Shown piece after piece: positions 1 through 9,521 of a DNA stretch of 64,000 nt (the first letter of the stretch is position 1; each line of letters starts with the position of its first letter). The position numbers and the translations under genes were made by a program. This DNA comes from Thermoproteota archaeon (GTDB lineage Archaea; Asgardarchaeota; Njordarchaeia; Njordarchaeales; Panguiarchaeaceae), in NCBI GenBank assembly GCA_024720975.1, contig JANJXX010000001.1:144970-208969 (forward strand). The letters run 5' to 3'. The notes below the pieces were generated by a model. It worked only from the letters and a program-made list of their open reading frames with translations, ran no database searches and was not told the origin of the DNA.

Positions 1-321
1 GAGGTTTATAAACCCGTCACAGAACTTAAAGAGAAAATCGTCGCTGCTCCCGCAGCACTGCCTGAAGTTACAAAGGAGGAAGTAGAAGCAGCTCTCAAAG
101 AGGCTGAAAAACCAGAAGTCGAAGGAGGAGAATTTGTAGAGCGAGTTGAGGCAAAGCCTGCAGAAATTCCTGAGGAAAAAGCTGCTCCTGTAACTGAAGT
201 AGGAGAAACTAAAGTCGAAGCAATACCAACTAGAGAAGTCGAAGGTGCTGAAAGAAAAGCACCGGAAGTTGGAATCATACAAAAGATAAGGCGTGCATTT
301 AGGAGACTTTTTAAGAGGTAA
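1..321 (+). CDS. 3' end of a gene entering from upstream of the window; Glu/Lys/Ala/Pro-rich low-complexity tail ending in a basic amphipathic segment
   Basis: Frame 1 is open from base 1 to TAA at 319-321. The translation EVYKPVTELKEKIV...GIIQKIRRAFRRLFKR is a plausible charged protein tail. It is co-directional with metG 43 nt downstream. The tracked minus ORF 6-329 is its Ser/Thr/Ala-rich antisense image. Confidence 0.5.
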   Translation, partial: EVYKPVTELKEKIVAAPAALPEVTKEEVEAALKEAEKPEVEGGEFVERVEAKPAEIPEEKAAPVTEVGETKVEAIPTREVEGAERKAPEVGIIQKIRRAFRRLFKR

Positions 322-364
322 ATCTTCATAACTGATAGAATCTTCCTAGAAAGCTATAGACCCA

Positions 365-1978
365 ATGGTGATAGCATTCTTAGATTCATGCGCAAAATCA
401 AACTTACTCAATAATAATATCCCAGAAGCGGCTAAACCGAGAAAAAAGTTTTACATCACAACACCCATATACTATCCAAACCGACCTCCACATATCGGAA
501 GTGGATATACAACAGTCGTAGCGGACATTCTAGCTCGTTATTACAAATCGCTTGGCTATGAGGTCTATTTCCTCACAGGCACCGACGAGCACGGTATGAA
601 ACTCTACAAGGAAGCTATAAATAAAGGTACTTCTCCAAGGGAGTTTGTTGATGCAATGGTGCCTTTCTTCAAAAGAGCATGGGAAGCTCTCGACATTGAA
701 TACTCTAGATTCATCCGAACCACAGACCCAGATCATGAAGAAACTGTCAAAGAGATCATGATGAAAGTCTACGAAAAAGGCGACGTATATGAAGATAAGT
801 ATAAGGGATTGTATTGCGTCGAATGCGAGAGATATTATACTCTTAAGGACTTGATCGAAGGAAGAATCTGTCCCATACACCTGAAACCGACTGAATATCT
901 GGAAATGGAAGTTTATTTCTTCAGACTAAGCAAATACAAAGATGCACTAATTAGACTCTTTAAAGAAAATGATAAATTCGTTTTGCCAGAAGAGAAGAAG
1001 CAATATCTCATCTCAGAGATAGAGAGTGAGGGACTTAAAGACGTCGCTATTACTAGACCAAAATGGTATCTACCGTGGGGTATTGAGTGCCCTTGGGATA
1101 AAAATCATGTTCTTTACGTCTGGGTTGATGCACTCTTAAACTATGTGTCAGGCATTGGTTATGTTAGCGCTCCAGATGTATTTAGGAAGTTCTGGCCACC
1201 TGATTTGCAATTAATTGGAAAGGATATTCTATGGTTTCATGCCGTCATATGGCCTGCTTTGCTTCTATCTGCAGGTTTAGAAATCCCGAGAACAATATTT
1301 ACGCATGGCTTTCTAACCGTCGACGGAAAGAAAATTAGCAAATCTCTCGGGACCGACATAGACCCTGTAGACCTTGTTAAAAAATATGGGTCCGATACAG
1401 TCAGGTATTACTTGGCTCGTGCTATAGAATTTGGTGAAGATGGAGACTTTTCCGAGAGTGATCTGATAAGATATCATAATAATGAACTTGTTAATGAGAT
1501 AGGTAACCTTTTTTACAGGGTCTTATCACTTGCAGATAGATACTTTGGCGGGATCGTCCCGGAGTCCCCAGGGCTTTCAAACATTGATGAAGAGTTCTTG
1601 AACACATTAGAGAGACTTTTAAGAGAGTATAATGAATGCATTGAGGAGCTCCGCATCCATCACGCTGCTATGAGAATTGTAATGTTTGCACAAACGATTA
1701 ATGCATACATCAACAAGACTGAGCCCTGGTCGCATTGGAAGAAAGGCGACAAGGAAGCTGTCGCTAGGATAGTCAAAAATTGTCTGGATTGGATATACGT
1801 GCTAAATGCTATAATATACCCGTTCATGCCCAGAGCAGCTGACAAAATTGCAAAACAACTCGGACTTGAATATATTCCAAGGCTATGTGACATAAGGCTC
1901 ATTGGAAATCTTAATCCCGGACATAAGCTTGGAGAGAAGACAGTTCTATTTAGTAAAATACAAACTTATACAAATTGA
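365..1978 (+). CDS. metG: methionyl-tRNA synthetase (core enzyme, no C-terminal tRNA-binding appendix)
   Basis: 537 aa. Class I HIGH-type motif PHIGSGY, KMSKS-type motif KISKSLG, Zn-knuckle CVECERYY...CPIH, and typical MetRS blocks (YVWVDALLNY, GKDILWFH). Confidence 0.95.
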   Translation: MVIAFLDSCAKSNLLNNNIPEAAKPRKKFYITTPIYYPNRPPHIGSGYTTVVADILARYYKSLGYEVYFLTGTDEHGMKLYKEAINKGTSPREFVDAMVPFFKRAWEALDIEYSRFIRTTDPDHEETVKEIMMKVYEKGDVYEDKYKGLYCVECERYYTLKDLIEGRICPIHLKPTEYLEMEVYFFRLSKYKDALIRLFKENDKFVLPEEKKQYLISEIESEGLKDVAITRPKWYLPWGIECPWDKNHVLYVWVDALLNYVSGIGYVSAPDVFRKFWPPDLQLIGKDILWFHAVIWPALLLSAGLEIPRTIFTHGFLTVDGKKISKSLGTDIDPVDLVKKYGSDTVRYYLARAIEFGEDGDFSESDLIRYHNNELVNEIGNLFYRVLSLADRYFGGIVPESPGLSNIDEEFLNTLERLLREYNECIEELRIHHAAMRIVMFAQTINAYINKTEPWSHWKKGDKEAVARIVKNCLDWIYVLNAIIYPFMPRAADKIAKQLGLEYIPRLCDIRLIGNLNPGHKLGEKTVLFSKIQTYTN

Positions 1979-2622
1979 TCTAACGTTGGAGTTGTCCCTC
2001 TACTTTTTTCGCCTTCCTTTATTAGAATCGACTTTAAAAGCCTGAAGTCGTCTTCTAGGAACCTCCGCCATGGTGGCTTGTAAAGAGCAGCCGCTGGATG
2101 AATTGTTACTAGAACTTTAGTTTTTTTATTGCCAAATTCGACTTCAAACACTTTTTGCCTCACGCTAAGAATACTTCTAAAATTGATTCCAGCTCTCGAT
2201 AAAATAAGTTTTGCTGAGTGCCTTCCAAGGCAGACCATTATATCTGGCCTGATTGCTTCTATTTGTCTAACTAAGTACGAAGAGCATGATTTAATCTCCT
2301 CCTCTGTGGGTTCCCTATTGTTCGGGGGTCTGCACTTGACGACATTAGTTATATATACTTGAGGACGCGGAATTTCGAGGACACTCTCTATCATCTTGGT
2401 TAAAAGTTGTCCTGCTGCTCCAACAAATGGCCTTCCTTGCACGTCTTCATGATAACCTGGAGCTTCACCTATAAACACTATTTTTGCTTCAGGATTTCCC
2501 TCGCCAGGAACGGGGTTTTTTCTCGTTTTCCATAGGCGACATTTCTTGCACTCACGTATTTCACTAGCGATTTCAGTCAGGACTTCTGTTGCACTCTTAG
2601 AAATCAAATAAGGCCACCACAT
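1966..2622 (-). CDS. udg: family 4 uracil-DNA glycosylase (4Fe-4S type)
   Basis: 218 aa. Motif A GEAPG, motif B HPAAALY, and Cys residues (CKKCRL, VKCRPP, CSSY) consistent with the Fe-S cluster of thermophilic family-4 UDGs. Convergent 13-nt overlap with metG. Confidence 0.9.
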   Translation of the reverse strand: MWWPYLISKSATEVLTEIASEIRECKKCRLWKTRKNPVPGEGNPEAKIVFIGEAPGYHEDVQGRPFVGAAGQLLTKMIESVLEIPRPQVYITNVVKCRPPNNREPTEEEIKSCSSYLVRQIEAIRPDIMVCLGRHSAKLILSRAGINFRSILSVRQKVFEVEFGNKKTKVLVTIHPAAALYKPPWRRFLEDDFRLLKSILIKEGEKSRGTTPTLDQFV

Positions 2623-2749
2623 GCTTTGTGGTTATTTATACAATTCACTTATTACTTATTATATATCAGATTTGTATTGCATTAGGTTGAGTATAACGCA
2701 AGTGCTTCCATTGATTATTTGACCCAAAGCTTAAAATCACTGAGGAGAG

Positions 2750-3094
2750 ATGCTTCGCAACAAGAAGGAGTTCCTCAGTGTCAAAGAGATAAAACCCTAT
2801 ATGCTGTGTGTAAATATTATCGTTACAGTTATCAAACTCAACTCCAAGAAATCTTTCGTAAGAGGAAACAGAACCCATGAAGTTGCTGAGTTCTTGGTGG
2901 GAGACCGAACTGGCGTAATAGTTCTCGTTGTATGGGATGATATGATTGAAAAAATAAAGGTTGGCGAATCGTATGCCATAAGGAATCTGAAACCTAAAAT
3001 CTATATGAATCAACTACGGGTTGTCTTCACAAAATCCACTATGATAGAGCCAGCGCCGTATAAGATACCACTCTGTGAGATAAACTCCGCATGA
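2750..3094 (+). CDS. small OB-fold nucleic-acid-binding protein (SSB/RPA-like single OB domain)
   Basis: 114 aa. The pattern VNIIVTVIKL...HEVAEFLVGDRTGVIVLVVWDDMIEKIKVGESYAIRN is typical of stand-alone archaeal OB-fold tRNA/helicase-type domains. The competing minus ORF 2666-3013 looks non-protein-like. Confidence 0.6.
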   Translation: MLRNKKEFLSVKEIKPYMLCVNIIVTVIKLNSKKSFVRGNRTHEVAEFLVGDRTGVIVLVVWDDMIEKIKVGESYAIRNLKPKIYMNQLRVVFTKSTMIEPAPYKIPLCEINSA

Positions 3095-3126
3095 GTTTGA
3101 TAACTCTAGGACGCCATTAAAGCCAC

Positions 3127-3846
3127 TCACGAAGTGTCCTCTCCAGTTCCAAGTCTTATCACAGCTCTTAGTAGTGCCTTAGAGTTTGGCACACCCACAG
3201 AAAAAACGCGGCCGTTGTAATTTCCGTTTACACTCAGTACCACCGTAGGCACTGCTGTTACGTAATATTTGTCGGCGATTTCTGGAAATTCATAAGCCTC
3301 AACAACATCGCTAATAACACGCCCGTTGGATGCTACAGCTATGTTATGAGCCATGATAACAGCTTGTGGGCATAGAGGACATGTCGGTGTAACTATCGTT
3401 TCTATCTTGACTCTATTAGTCATTGATGATAACTTTTCCTCATAATCCTTAAACATGTGCCTTCTATGAGAGACTAATAGAAGCGCTTCCAGAAATGCCC
3501 AACCCTCTTCGCCAATTGGGGCGCCTGTATATCTTATTTCTGCTTTTTCTCCTATCAACAATATCGGGCCCCTTTCAACACCGAGTAGCTCTTTGTGTAT
3601 ATCTTGTAGTTTGTTCGTCATATATTCTATTTTGCCATTGCTTATACTTACGAGCTCATTCATCAGCTGATCTACAGTACTACAAAATTTGCATTGATCA
3701 GACTCTAAGAGAACCACTGGTATCTTTTTTATGAGTTCTTTTTCAAATCTACCCTTGATATATTCCAAATCCCTAGGAGAGAGTATTCCCAAAATCAACC
3801 ACCACCTAGCATCGAATGAATATCCTGATGTTGACCAAAGAAACAT
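3127..3846 (-). CDS. protein disulfide oxidoreductase (two thioredoxin-fold units, glutaredoxin-like)
   Basis: 239 aa with two CxxC active sites (CKFC and CPLC), each in a thioredoxin-like unit, as in archaeal PDO proteins. The true start may lie downstream of the tracked start. Confidence 0.8.
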   Translation of the reverse strand: MFLWSTSGYSFDARWWLILGILSPRDLEYIKGRFEKELIKKIPVVLLESDQCKFCSTVDQLMNELVSISNGKIEYMTNKLQDIHKELLGVERGPILLIGEKAEIRYTGAPIGEEGWAFLEALLLVSHRRHMFKDYEEKLSSMTNRVKIETIVTPTCPLCPQAVIMAHNIAVASNGRVISDVVEAYEFPEIADKYYVTAVPTVVLSVNGNYNGRVFSVGVPNSKALLRAVIRLGTGEDTS

Positions 3847-3886
3847 TTTAAGAGCTATAAATAGAACCTTTAGGTTTTAGTAATTT

Positions 3887-4561
3887 TTGGTTGATAAGTT
3901 GGACACTATGCTAACTATCAAGCCCCCAGTCTTGCAAGTTGCTTTAGACTTTACGCGAATCGAAGATGCACTTAAAGTTTCTGAGGCAGTAATTTCTGGC
4001 GGAGCTGATTGGCTAGAATGCGGAACACCACTAATTAAGTCAGAGGGCGTCAAGGCTATTAAGACACTCAAGACTACATTTCCTGACATTCCTTTAGTTG
4101 CTGACTTGAAGACTATGGATACCGGCACCCTTGAGGCCGAATTAGCGTTCAGTTCAGGAGCAGATGTAATTACAGTACTAGCAGCTGCTGATAATAAAAC
4201 CATACTCGATGCCCTAGAAGTGGCTAAAAATTATGGTGGGTTGGTCATGGCAGATTTGATAAATTATCCGACTCCTCTCAATCGTGCAAAAGAATTGGAG
4301 ATTCTAGGGGTGCACATTATACTCATGCATTTGGGAATAGACCAGCAGAGATTCAGAGCATTTCCAATCGATGACATACCGCTTGTCAAGAAAGAAATAA
4401 AAAGTTTCTTGGCAGTTGCTGGGGGACTCAATGATTTAACTGCCAGACAGGCATTCTTAAACGGCGCGGATATATTAGTTGTTGGAGGATTTATAACGCG
4501 ATCAGCAAATCCTAGGGAGGCTACGCGAAAAATCAAGGAGGCCCTCAGATCTGGGGCGTAG
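3887..4561 (+). CDS. 3-hexulose-6-phosphate synthase / KGPDC family (OMP decarboxylase superfamily)
   Basis: 224 aa. Motifs LQVALDF, ECGTPLIK and VADLKTMDTG match the HPS/KGPDC signature. A likely ATG start at 3908 (MLTIKPP) is also possible. Confidence 0.75.
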   Translation: MVDKLDTMLTIKPPVLQVALDFTRIEDALKVSEAVISGGADWLECGTPLIKSEGVKAIKTLKTTFPDIPLVADLKTMDTGTLEAELAFSSGADVITVLAAADNKTILDALEVAKNYGGLVMADLINYPTPLNRAKELEILGVHIILMHLGIDQQRFRAFPIDDIPLVKKEIKSFLAVAGGLNDLTARQAFLNGADILVVGGFITRSANPREATRKIKEALRSGA

Positions 4562-4562
4562 T

Positions 4563-5309
4563 TTATTGTTTGCATATTCCCCTTTTCAAACAAAGTGCAT
4601 ACAATAAGGGAATTTCGCTAACGCGACTTATAACTTCCTCCCAAAAGATGCCCATAGGTTTTTCGTAGTTAGTATTCGTATAGATAACTCGCGTAGGTGT
4701 TGCTACTATATCTAGTGGAAAGTCATGTTTAGTCATTGGTACATTTTCAACTATCTGTATGTCATGAACTGTTGTTGCTGTGACTGTTTCTCCGCTGACT
4801 AGACCGCACTCAGCAAGTATTCCCCATTCTAGATCAGAGTATCCGTGACCCTTTCCGAGACGCCCTCCCTTCACATCAACCGCCGTACAGCCAGTAATTT
4901 TCATTTCAATAAACGGCATCCGCTCGGGTTCTACGATTTTTCCATATTTGAAAGCGCCACGTATTGTAGACGCATATGAATATTCGCGGTATGGTATATT
5001 TTGGGTGTCTAGAATGATGAAACCTTGTTTTATCCTCGGAGATGCCATTATGAGTTTTTTAGAGTCTAACAACGCAAAGAATCTGACATGTTTTTGTGGA
5101 GAGTCAGGATTACAAAAGACAACCAGTGATTTCCTCCACTCAGGTGTTTTTCTGAGGTTTCTGGCAGCTTCTTCTGCACCGACAAAGTTTGGAATTCTAC
5201 CGTAGACTGGGCGTGGGAATCTTGCTATATTCTTGTCTTCCATCAACTTCCAAACATGCTCCCGTATTTTCGCTTTTATGTTATGGATATCTAGCGACAA
5301 GCGCATCAC
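4563..5309 (-). CDS. 5-formyltetrahydrofolate cyclo-ligase family protein
   Basis: 248 aa. RIPNFVGAEEAA near the N-terminus and GGRLGKGHGYSDLEW near the C-terminus resemble the archaeal COG0212-type family. Confidence 0.65.
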   Translation of the reverse strand: MMRLSLDIHNIKAKIREHVWKLMEDKNIARFPRPVYGRIPNFVGAEEAARNLRKTPEWRKSLVVFCNPDSPQKHVRFFALLDSKKLIMASPRIKQGFIILDTQNIPYREYSYASTIRGAFKYGKIVEPERMPFIEMKITGCTAVDVKGGRLGKGHGYSDLEWGILAECGLVSGETVTATTVHDIQIVENVPMTKHDFPLDIVATPTRVIYTNTNYEKPMGIFWEEVISRVSEIPLLYALCLKRGICKQ

Positions 5310-5339
5310 TAATTAGGATCAGCGAAAAATAAGAGATTA

Positions 5340-6524
5340 CTAATATTCAAGGGTGACTCTGGCAAGGACGTTTGCTGTCTTTATGTAATTGTCTATTATT
5401 TCGAACTCATTGGGTTTGTGGGCCGTTCCACTACATACACTCCAGGCTACTGCCGGAATGCCTAAAGATCTAAAGAATCCAGCAATAGTTCCTCCACCAA
5501 TGCCAACCAATTTGGGCTCGACATCTAGCTCTAGCTTAACAGCATTTTTAATTGCAGTGACAATTTTAGCCGAGGGACTTGTCATCGATGGTTCTCCTCT
5601 CATAACCACTTCAACTTCAGCATTGTGCCTTTCAGCTATACCCCTGAAGAACTCCAAAACTTCGTCTGGATTGTATTCTGGAATTATCCTACAATCCCAG
5701 TATACTACATCGGATTCCGGAATCATGTTTATCGCGTCGATGTTCTTCTCTTTCTTAGTTGGTTCGAAAGTTGAGTAGGGAGGAGAGAATAGTGAGTTCA
5801 GTTTATAGAAATTTGCGTGTAGAAGGTCATAAAGCTTTAGTATTAGCCTTGCCGACTTCAGATGTGCATTATCGGCCTTATGAGGAATTGATGCATGTCC
5901 AGAGATTCCTTTTGTTATTACTTTTAACCATAAGATGCCTTTTTCAGCTATTTCAATTTCGTCTCCTTTCTCGCTGCCGAAGTCTGGAACTATCGCTGAC
6001 CCGCCCTCTTTAAATATACCCTTTTCAGCTAGAAACTTAACCCCATATTTGCTGCCTGCCTCCTCATCAGCTGCAAAGATGAACACTAACTTTTTACTTG
6101 GACGTATTTTTCCCTCTGAGATTCGCTTCAGTATTAAAAGCAGTGATATTATGCCTATTCCATTATCATTAACACCACGCCCGTAAACTTTATTATTCTC
6201 AACTCTCAGCTTAAATGGATCGCCCGTCCAACCTCCATCAGCACTTACAGTGTCAATATGAGCAACTAACCAGAGAGGCTCACCGTCGCCATATTCAACA
6301 ACAATGTTCGACCTCGTGAAACCCTTATCATCTATAACATCAAATCTCTTTGCCTCAAAGCCAAGATTTTCTATTAACGCTTCTAAGTAATCCGCACGCT
6401 CTTTCTCTCCGGATCCTCCTGCAAGCACATTCACAGCCTTTCTGCTAATAAGTTCAGAGAGAACAGATATTATCCAGTTCTTTTCCATTCTTCTCACCAA
6501 GGCAATTTCGCTACTTGTTATCAT
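5340..6524 (-). CDS. M20 family metallopeptidase (ArgE/DapE/acetylornithine deacetylase-like)
   Basis: 394 aa. Metal-ligand blocks HIDTV, VNDNGIG and ADEEAGS, plus a C-terminal GGGTIAGFF block typical of M20 dimerisation-domain enzymes. Confidence 0.85.
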   Translation of the reverse strand: MITSSEIALVRRMEKNWIISVLSELISRKAVNVLAGGSGEKERADYLEALIENLGFEAKRFDVIDDKGFTRSNIVVEYGDGEPLWLVAHIDTVSADGGWTGDPFKLRVENNKVYGRGVNDNGIGIISLLLILKRISEGKIRPSKKLVFIFAADEEAGSKYGVKFLAEKGIFKEGGSAIVPDFGSEKGDEIEIAEKGILWLKVITKGISGHASIPHKADNAHLKSARLILKLYDLLHANFYKLNSLFSPPYSTFEPTKKEKNIDAINMIPESDVVYWDCRIIPEYNPDEVLEFFRGIAERHNAEVEVVMRGEPSMTSPSAKIVTAIKNAVKLELDVEPKLVGIGGGTIAGFFRSLGIPAVAWSVCSGTAHKPNEFEIIDNYIKTANVLARVTLEY

Positions 6525-6659
6525 GACGTAGATGCGCCATAAAACAACTTAATTCTCATCAAATATAGATTTAGACTATCAGTTAGGAGAAAGTTGAAGA
6601 GAAGGACTTAAAAAATGTTATCTTATACTTACCTCTAATAATGGTTGAAACTAGAGGAC

Positions 6660-6736
6660 GAGGCCGTGGTGTAGCTTGGTAGCATGAGGGCCTCGGGCGT
6701 CCTTGGTCGTGGGTTCAAATCCCACCGGCCTCACCA
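6660..6736 (+). tRNA. tRNA-Pro: tRNA-Pro, anticodon CGG, genomically encoded CCA
   Basis: Hand-folded cloverleaf. Acceptor GAGGCCG/CGGCCUC, D-stem GUGU/GCAU with A14, G18G19 and A21. Anticodon stem AGGGC/GUCCU, loop CU-CGG-GC (U33, G37). T-arm GUGGG-UUCAAAU-CCCAC, discriminator A, CCA at 6734-6736. It is a G+C-rich island in AT-rich spacer. Confidence 0.92.
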
Positions 6737-7045
6737 TAAAATCCTTCTAACTTATTATTGATTAGCAAGCAACTCCATTAACGCATTTTCGAAGGAACTC
6801 AAAAGAATCATTTTGGCGTACATATAATCAATCCTCTACCAACAAATTTATAAATGGGATTTCTCTATCATTATGTGACTTAGAATTGCCGTCTGGCCAA
6901 AGACTAACATAATATACAACCTAAAAGTTCAGCCAGTGAATACCAAATGAAAGAAAAAGAACCAAGAGAGAGAAAGAAAAAGGAAGATGCTGACGAATGG
7001 GATGACGTTTCGGAAATTTGGTCTGATGAACTATAGGTCAAGCCA

Positions 7046-7471
7046 ATGATCCTAGAGAAAAGTGCCGGGGTCGTTGTCTTCAGGCGCGAGAATAATCAGA
7101 TTCTTTATCTCTTACTTAAGTACGGTTGGGGACACTGGAGCTTCATAAAAGGACATATAGAGACGAATGAGGATGAAATAGAGACGATAAAGCGTGAGGC
7201 TAAGGAGGAGGCGGGAATAACTGACATTAAATTCATCTTCGGGTTTAGGGAGAAAATCGAATATGATTACTTTCTTGAGGGAAAGAAGCGCCACAAAATT
7301 GTCTACTATTACTTAGCCGAAACTAGCCAGAAGGATGTTACCTTGTCATACGAGCATCTGGATTACGCATGGCTTCCATACGAGCAGGCTCTCCAACGTA
7401 TTACTTATGATTCTGATAAAAAAGTCCTAATGAAGGCTCATAAATATCTGGAAGCTATGAAGATTGCATAG
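7046..7471 (+). CDS. Nudix hydrolase
   Basis: 141 aa. Nudix box GHIETNEDEIETIKREAKEEAGI fits Gx5Ex7REUxEExGU. Confidence 0.9.
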   Translation: MILEKSAGVVVFRRENNQILYLLLKYGWGHWSFIKGHIETNEDEIETIKREAKEEAGITDIKFIFGFREKIEYDYFLEGKKRHKIVYYYLAETSQKDVTLSYEHLDYAWLPYEQALQRITYDSDKKVLMKAHKYLEAMKIA

Positions 7472-7479
7472 GATGCGCC

Positions 7480-8379
7480 ATGCTGCAGATAGATCTAGCA
7501 GGAATTAAGCTTAGAAATTTTCTCATACTCGCCTCTGGTGTTGTTGGTTCTGATGTGTCAATGTATCTCAGAGCATGGGAAAATGGCATTGGAGCCATAG
7601 TTACCAAAACATTTACTATTGAAAGAAGGGAAGGTTTTACTACACCTATAATAACAGCTGTAAGATGCGGATACCTAAATGCCGTAGGACTTGAAAATCC
7701 TGGAAAGGAGGGCATGAAACCAGTTATCGAGTACCTAAAAAAGTGTGGTATTCCAACTATTGTAAGCATTGCTGGGAGGGACGTTGACGAGTTTCTGCAG
7801 CTAGCTTCAATAGCTTATGAGTCAAATGCCGATGCCGTTGAGTTGAATTTGTCCTGTCCTCATGCTAAGGGTCTTGGCTTAGAAATTGGCCTGGACAGAG
7901 AGCTTACCGTGAGGATAATCAAGAGAATTAAGGATGATTTTGATATGAAAGTTTTTCCCAAGCTGGGATTATCTTCTAATGTTACAGAAATTGCAAAAAG
8001 TGCTGAAGTAGCTGGCGCTGACGGGGTAGTTTTGATAAATACAATACGCGGAATGAAAATTGATATATGGCTTGCTAAACCAGTTCTATCCAACAAATTC
8101 GGAGGATTATCTGGACCTGCAATACACCCTATAGCAGTCGCGGTAGTTTATCAGGCATATGAGCATTTAAATATTCCCATAATAGCTTCAGGTGGCGTGT
8201 GGGACTGGGAAGATGTAGTAGAGTTTCTTATGGCAGGAGCGAAAGCCGTTCAAATAGGAAGCGTGCTTACTGATAAAGGTTTTGAATTCATAAGAGAAAC
8301 CATAGAAAACATTAAGAATTTCATGAATAGTCGCGGATATAAATCCGTGGAAGAACTCATAGGAGTGGCTCATGAATAA
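7480..8379 (+). CDS. pyrD: dihydroorotate dehydrogenase, class 1 catalytic subunit
   Basis: 299 aa. Blocks LASGVVG, NAVGLENPG, VELNLSCPH, active-site region LINT, GGLSGPAI and ASGGV are typical of PyrD class 1. It starts 8 nt after the Nudix stop. Confidence 0.9.
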   Translation: MLQIDLAGIKLRNFLILASGVVGSDVSMYLRAWENGIGAIVTKTFTIERREGFTTPIITAVRCGYLNAVGLENPGKEGMKPVIEYLKKCGIPTIVSIAGRDVDEFLQLASIAYESNADAVELNLSCPHAKGLGLEIGLDRELTVRIIKRIKDDFDMKVFPKLGLSSNVTEIAKSAEVAGADGVVLINTIRGMKIDIWLAKPVLSNKFGGLSGPAIHPIAVAVVYQAYEHLNIPIIASGGVWDWEDVVEFLMAGAKAVQIGSVLTDKGFEFIRETIENIKNFMNSRGYKSVEELIGVAHE

Positions 8380-9521
8380 CTCCTAGCTTTAATAGATTCA
8401 TAGCCCCCATACTTAAACCATATACTACAGGCTCCTTCTGAAGAAACCATACACGGACCTATAGGGTGCTCTGGTGTACATGCCTTTCCGAAGTACTTGC
8501 AGTCTGTTGGTTTGGCTAGCCCGAGAGTTACCTCTGCACACTTGCACCCTGGCTTTATATCTACTGCATGCTCTATGTTAACACCATACTTTTTCCTCGC
8601 ATCAATTTCGGAATATTCTTTATTAAGACGCCAGACACTTTGTGGTACAATTCCTATACCTCTCCAAGATCCATCAACAGCATCGAACGCTTTGCTAATA
8701 TAACTCTTAGCTTTCAAGTTTCCATGCCAAGTTACAACCCTGCTATATTCATTAACAAGACGGGGCTTTCTTTCGTATATTTGCTGCATTATCTCATAAA
8801 TTGCAATTATTACATCTAGGGGCTCAAAACCTGCCACAACCAAGGGAACGTTAAATTCTTCGGGAACAAATCTCCACGAAGAAGCCCCAACGATTGTAGA
8901 TACGTGACCTGGAGCTATAATACCGTGTAATTTGTGCATCTTTGATTCTAAGATATACCTCATTATTGGAACGGTTATCCTGTAGCTAGCAAGCAAGTAG
9001 AGGTTTTTGGGAATCTTATTCTCAACAATATAACTGGCTACACTAGGTGCTGTTGTTTCAAAGCCAACAGCGAAAAAGACAAAATCCTTATCCGGCTGCG
9101 AAGATGCTAACTCAACAGCATCACGAAAGCCATACACAACATGAACTTTACCGCCTGCAGCTTTTGCTTCTGCAAGAGAAATCTTTGTTCCTGGCACCTT
9201 ATACATGTCACCATACGTTATGACCGCTGCTAGATATGAGATTTCTATAGCCTCGTCAATCTCTCGTGCGGGAGTCACACAAACTGGACATCCAGGTCCA
9301 GCAACTAATTCAACTCCATCGGGCATCAAAGAACGAAGTCCATAATAAGTGACAGTGAATTCATGAGTTCCGCAGAAGTTCATAATCTTAAGGGGCTCAC
9401 TGGTAACTTCTGCCTCGATTTTCCTCTTCATTTGATGAATTTTTTCAACATAGGTTTTGACTAGCTCCCTATTTCGGTATGCTTGGAGCGTTCTTCGCAT
9501 CTTAGTCCAATCAATGCTCAT
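8370..9521 (-). CDS. hypD: hydrogenase maturation protein HypD
   Basis: Motifs GPGCPVCV, GFETTAP and PGHVS plus a C-terminal Cys cluster. I place the start at the ATG at 9521 (MSIDWTKMRR...), giving 383 aa. The tracked start at 9614 adds 31 non-conserved residues. Confidence 0.93.
   Translation of the reverse strand: MSIDWTKMRRTLQAYRNRELVKTYVEKIHQMKRKIEAEVTSEPLKIMNFCGTHEFTVTYYGLRSLMPDGVELVAGPGCPVCVTPAREIDEAIEISYLAAVITYGDMYKVPGTKISLAEAKAAGGKVHVVYGFRDAVELASSQPDKDFVFFAVGFETTAPSVASYIVENKIPKNLYLLASYRITVPIMRYILESKMHKLHGIIAPGHVSTIVGASSWRFVPEEFNVPLVVAGFEPLDVIIAIYEIMQQIYERKPRLVNEYSRVVTWHGNLKAKSYISKAFDAVDGSWRGIGIVPQSVWRLNKEYSEIDARKKYGVNIEHAVDIKPGCKCAEVTLGLAKPTDCKYFGKACTPEHPIGPCMVSSEGACSIWFKYGGYESIKARSYS

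Noticed and set aside
6-329. 107-aa minus-strand ORF at the window start
   Set aside because: Its translation is a Ser/Thr/Ala/Gly low-complexity string that is the antisense image of an open plus-strand frame. That frame encodes a plausible Glu/Lys-rich protein tail co-directional with metG, so the plus-strand partial CDS is preferred.
2666-3013. 115-aa minus-strand ORF overlapping the OB-fold gene
   Set aside because: The sequence has no domain-like pattern (FRFQIPYGIRFANLYFFNH...). The overlapping plus-strand ORF reads as a typical OB-fold nucleic-acid-binding protein.
6541-6600. Minus-strand CTGA ... TGATGA pair upstream of tRNA-Pro as a C/D sRNA
   Set aside because: The box order and 17-nt spacing do not fit a D'/C' arrangement, and no terminal D box follows. 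This is probably chance in AT-rich spacer.
6520-7045. tRNA-Pro flank as an integration site (att duplication or integrase)
   Set aside because: I did not spot a second copy of the tRNA 3' half nearby or an integrase gene. The flanks carry ordinary housekeeping genes (M20 peptidase, Nudix, pyrD).
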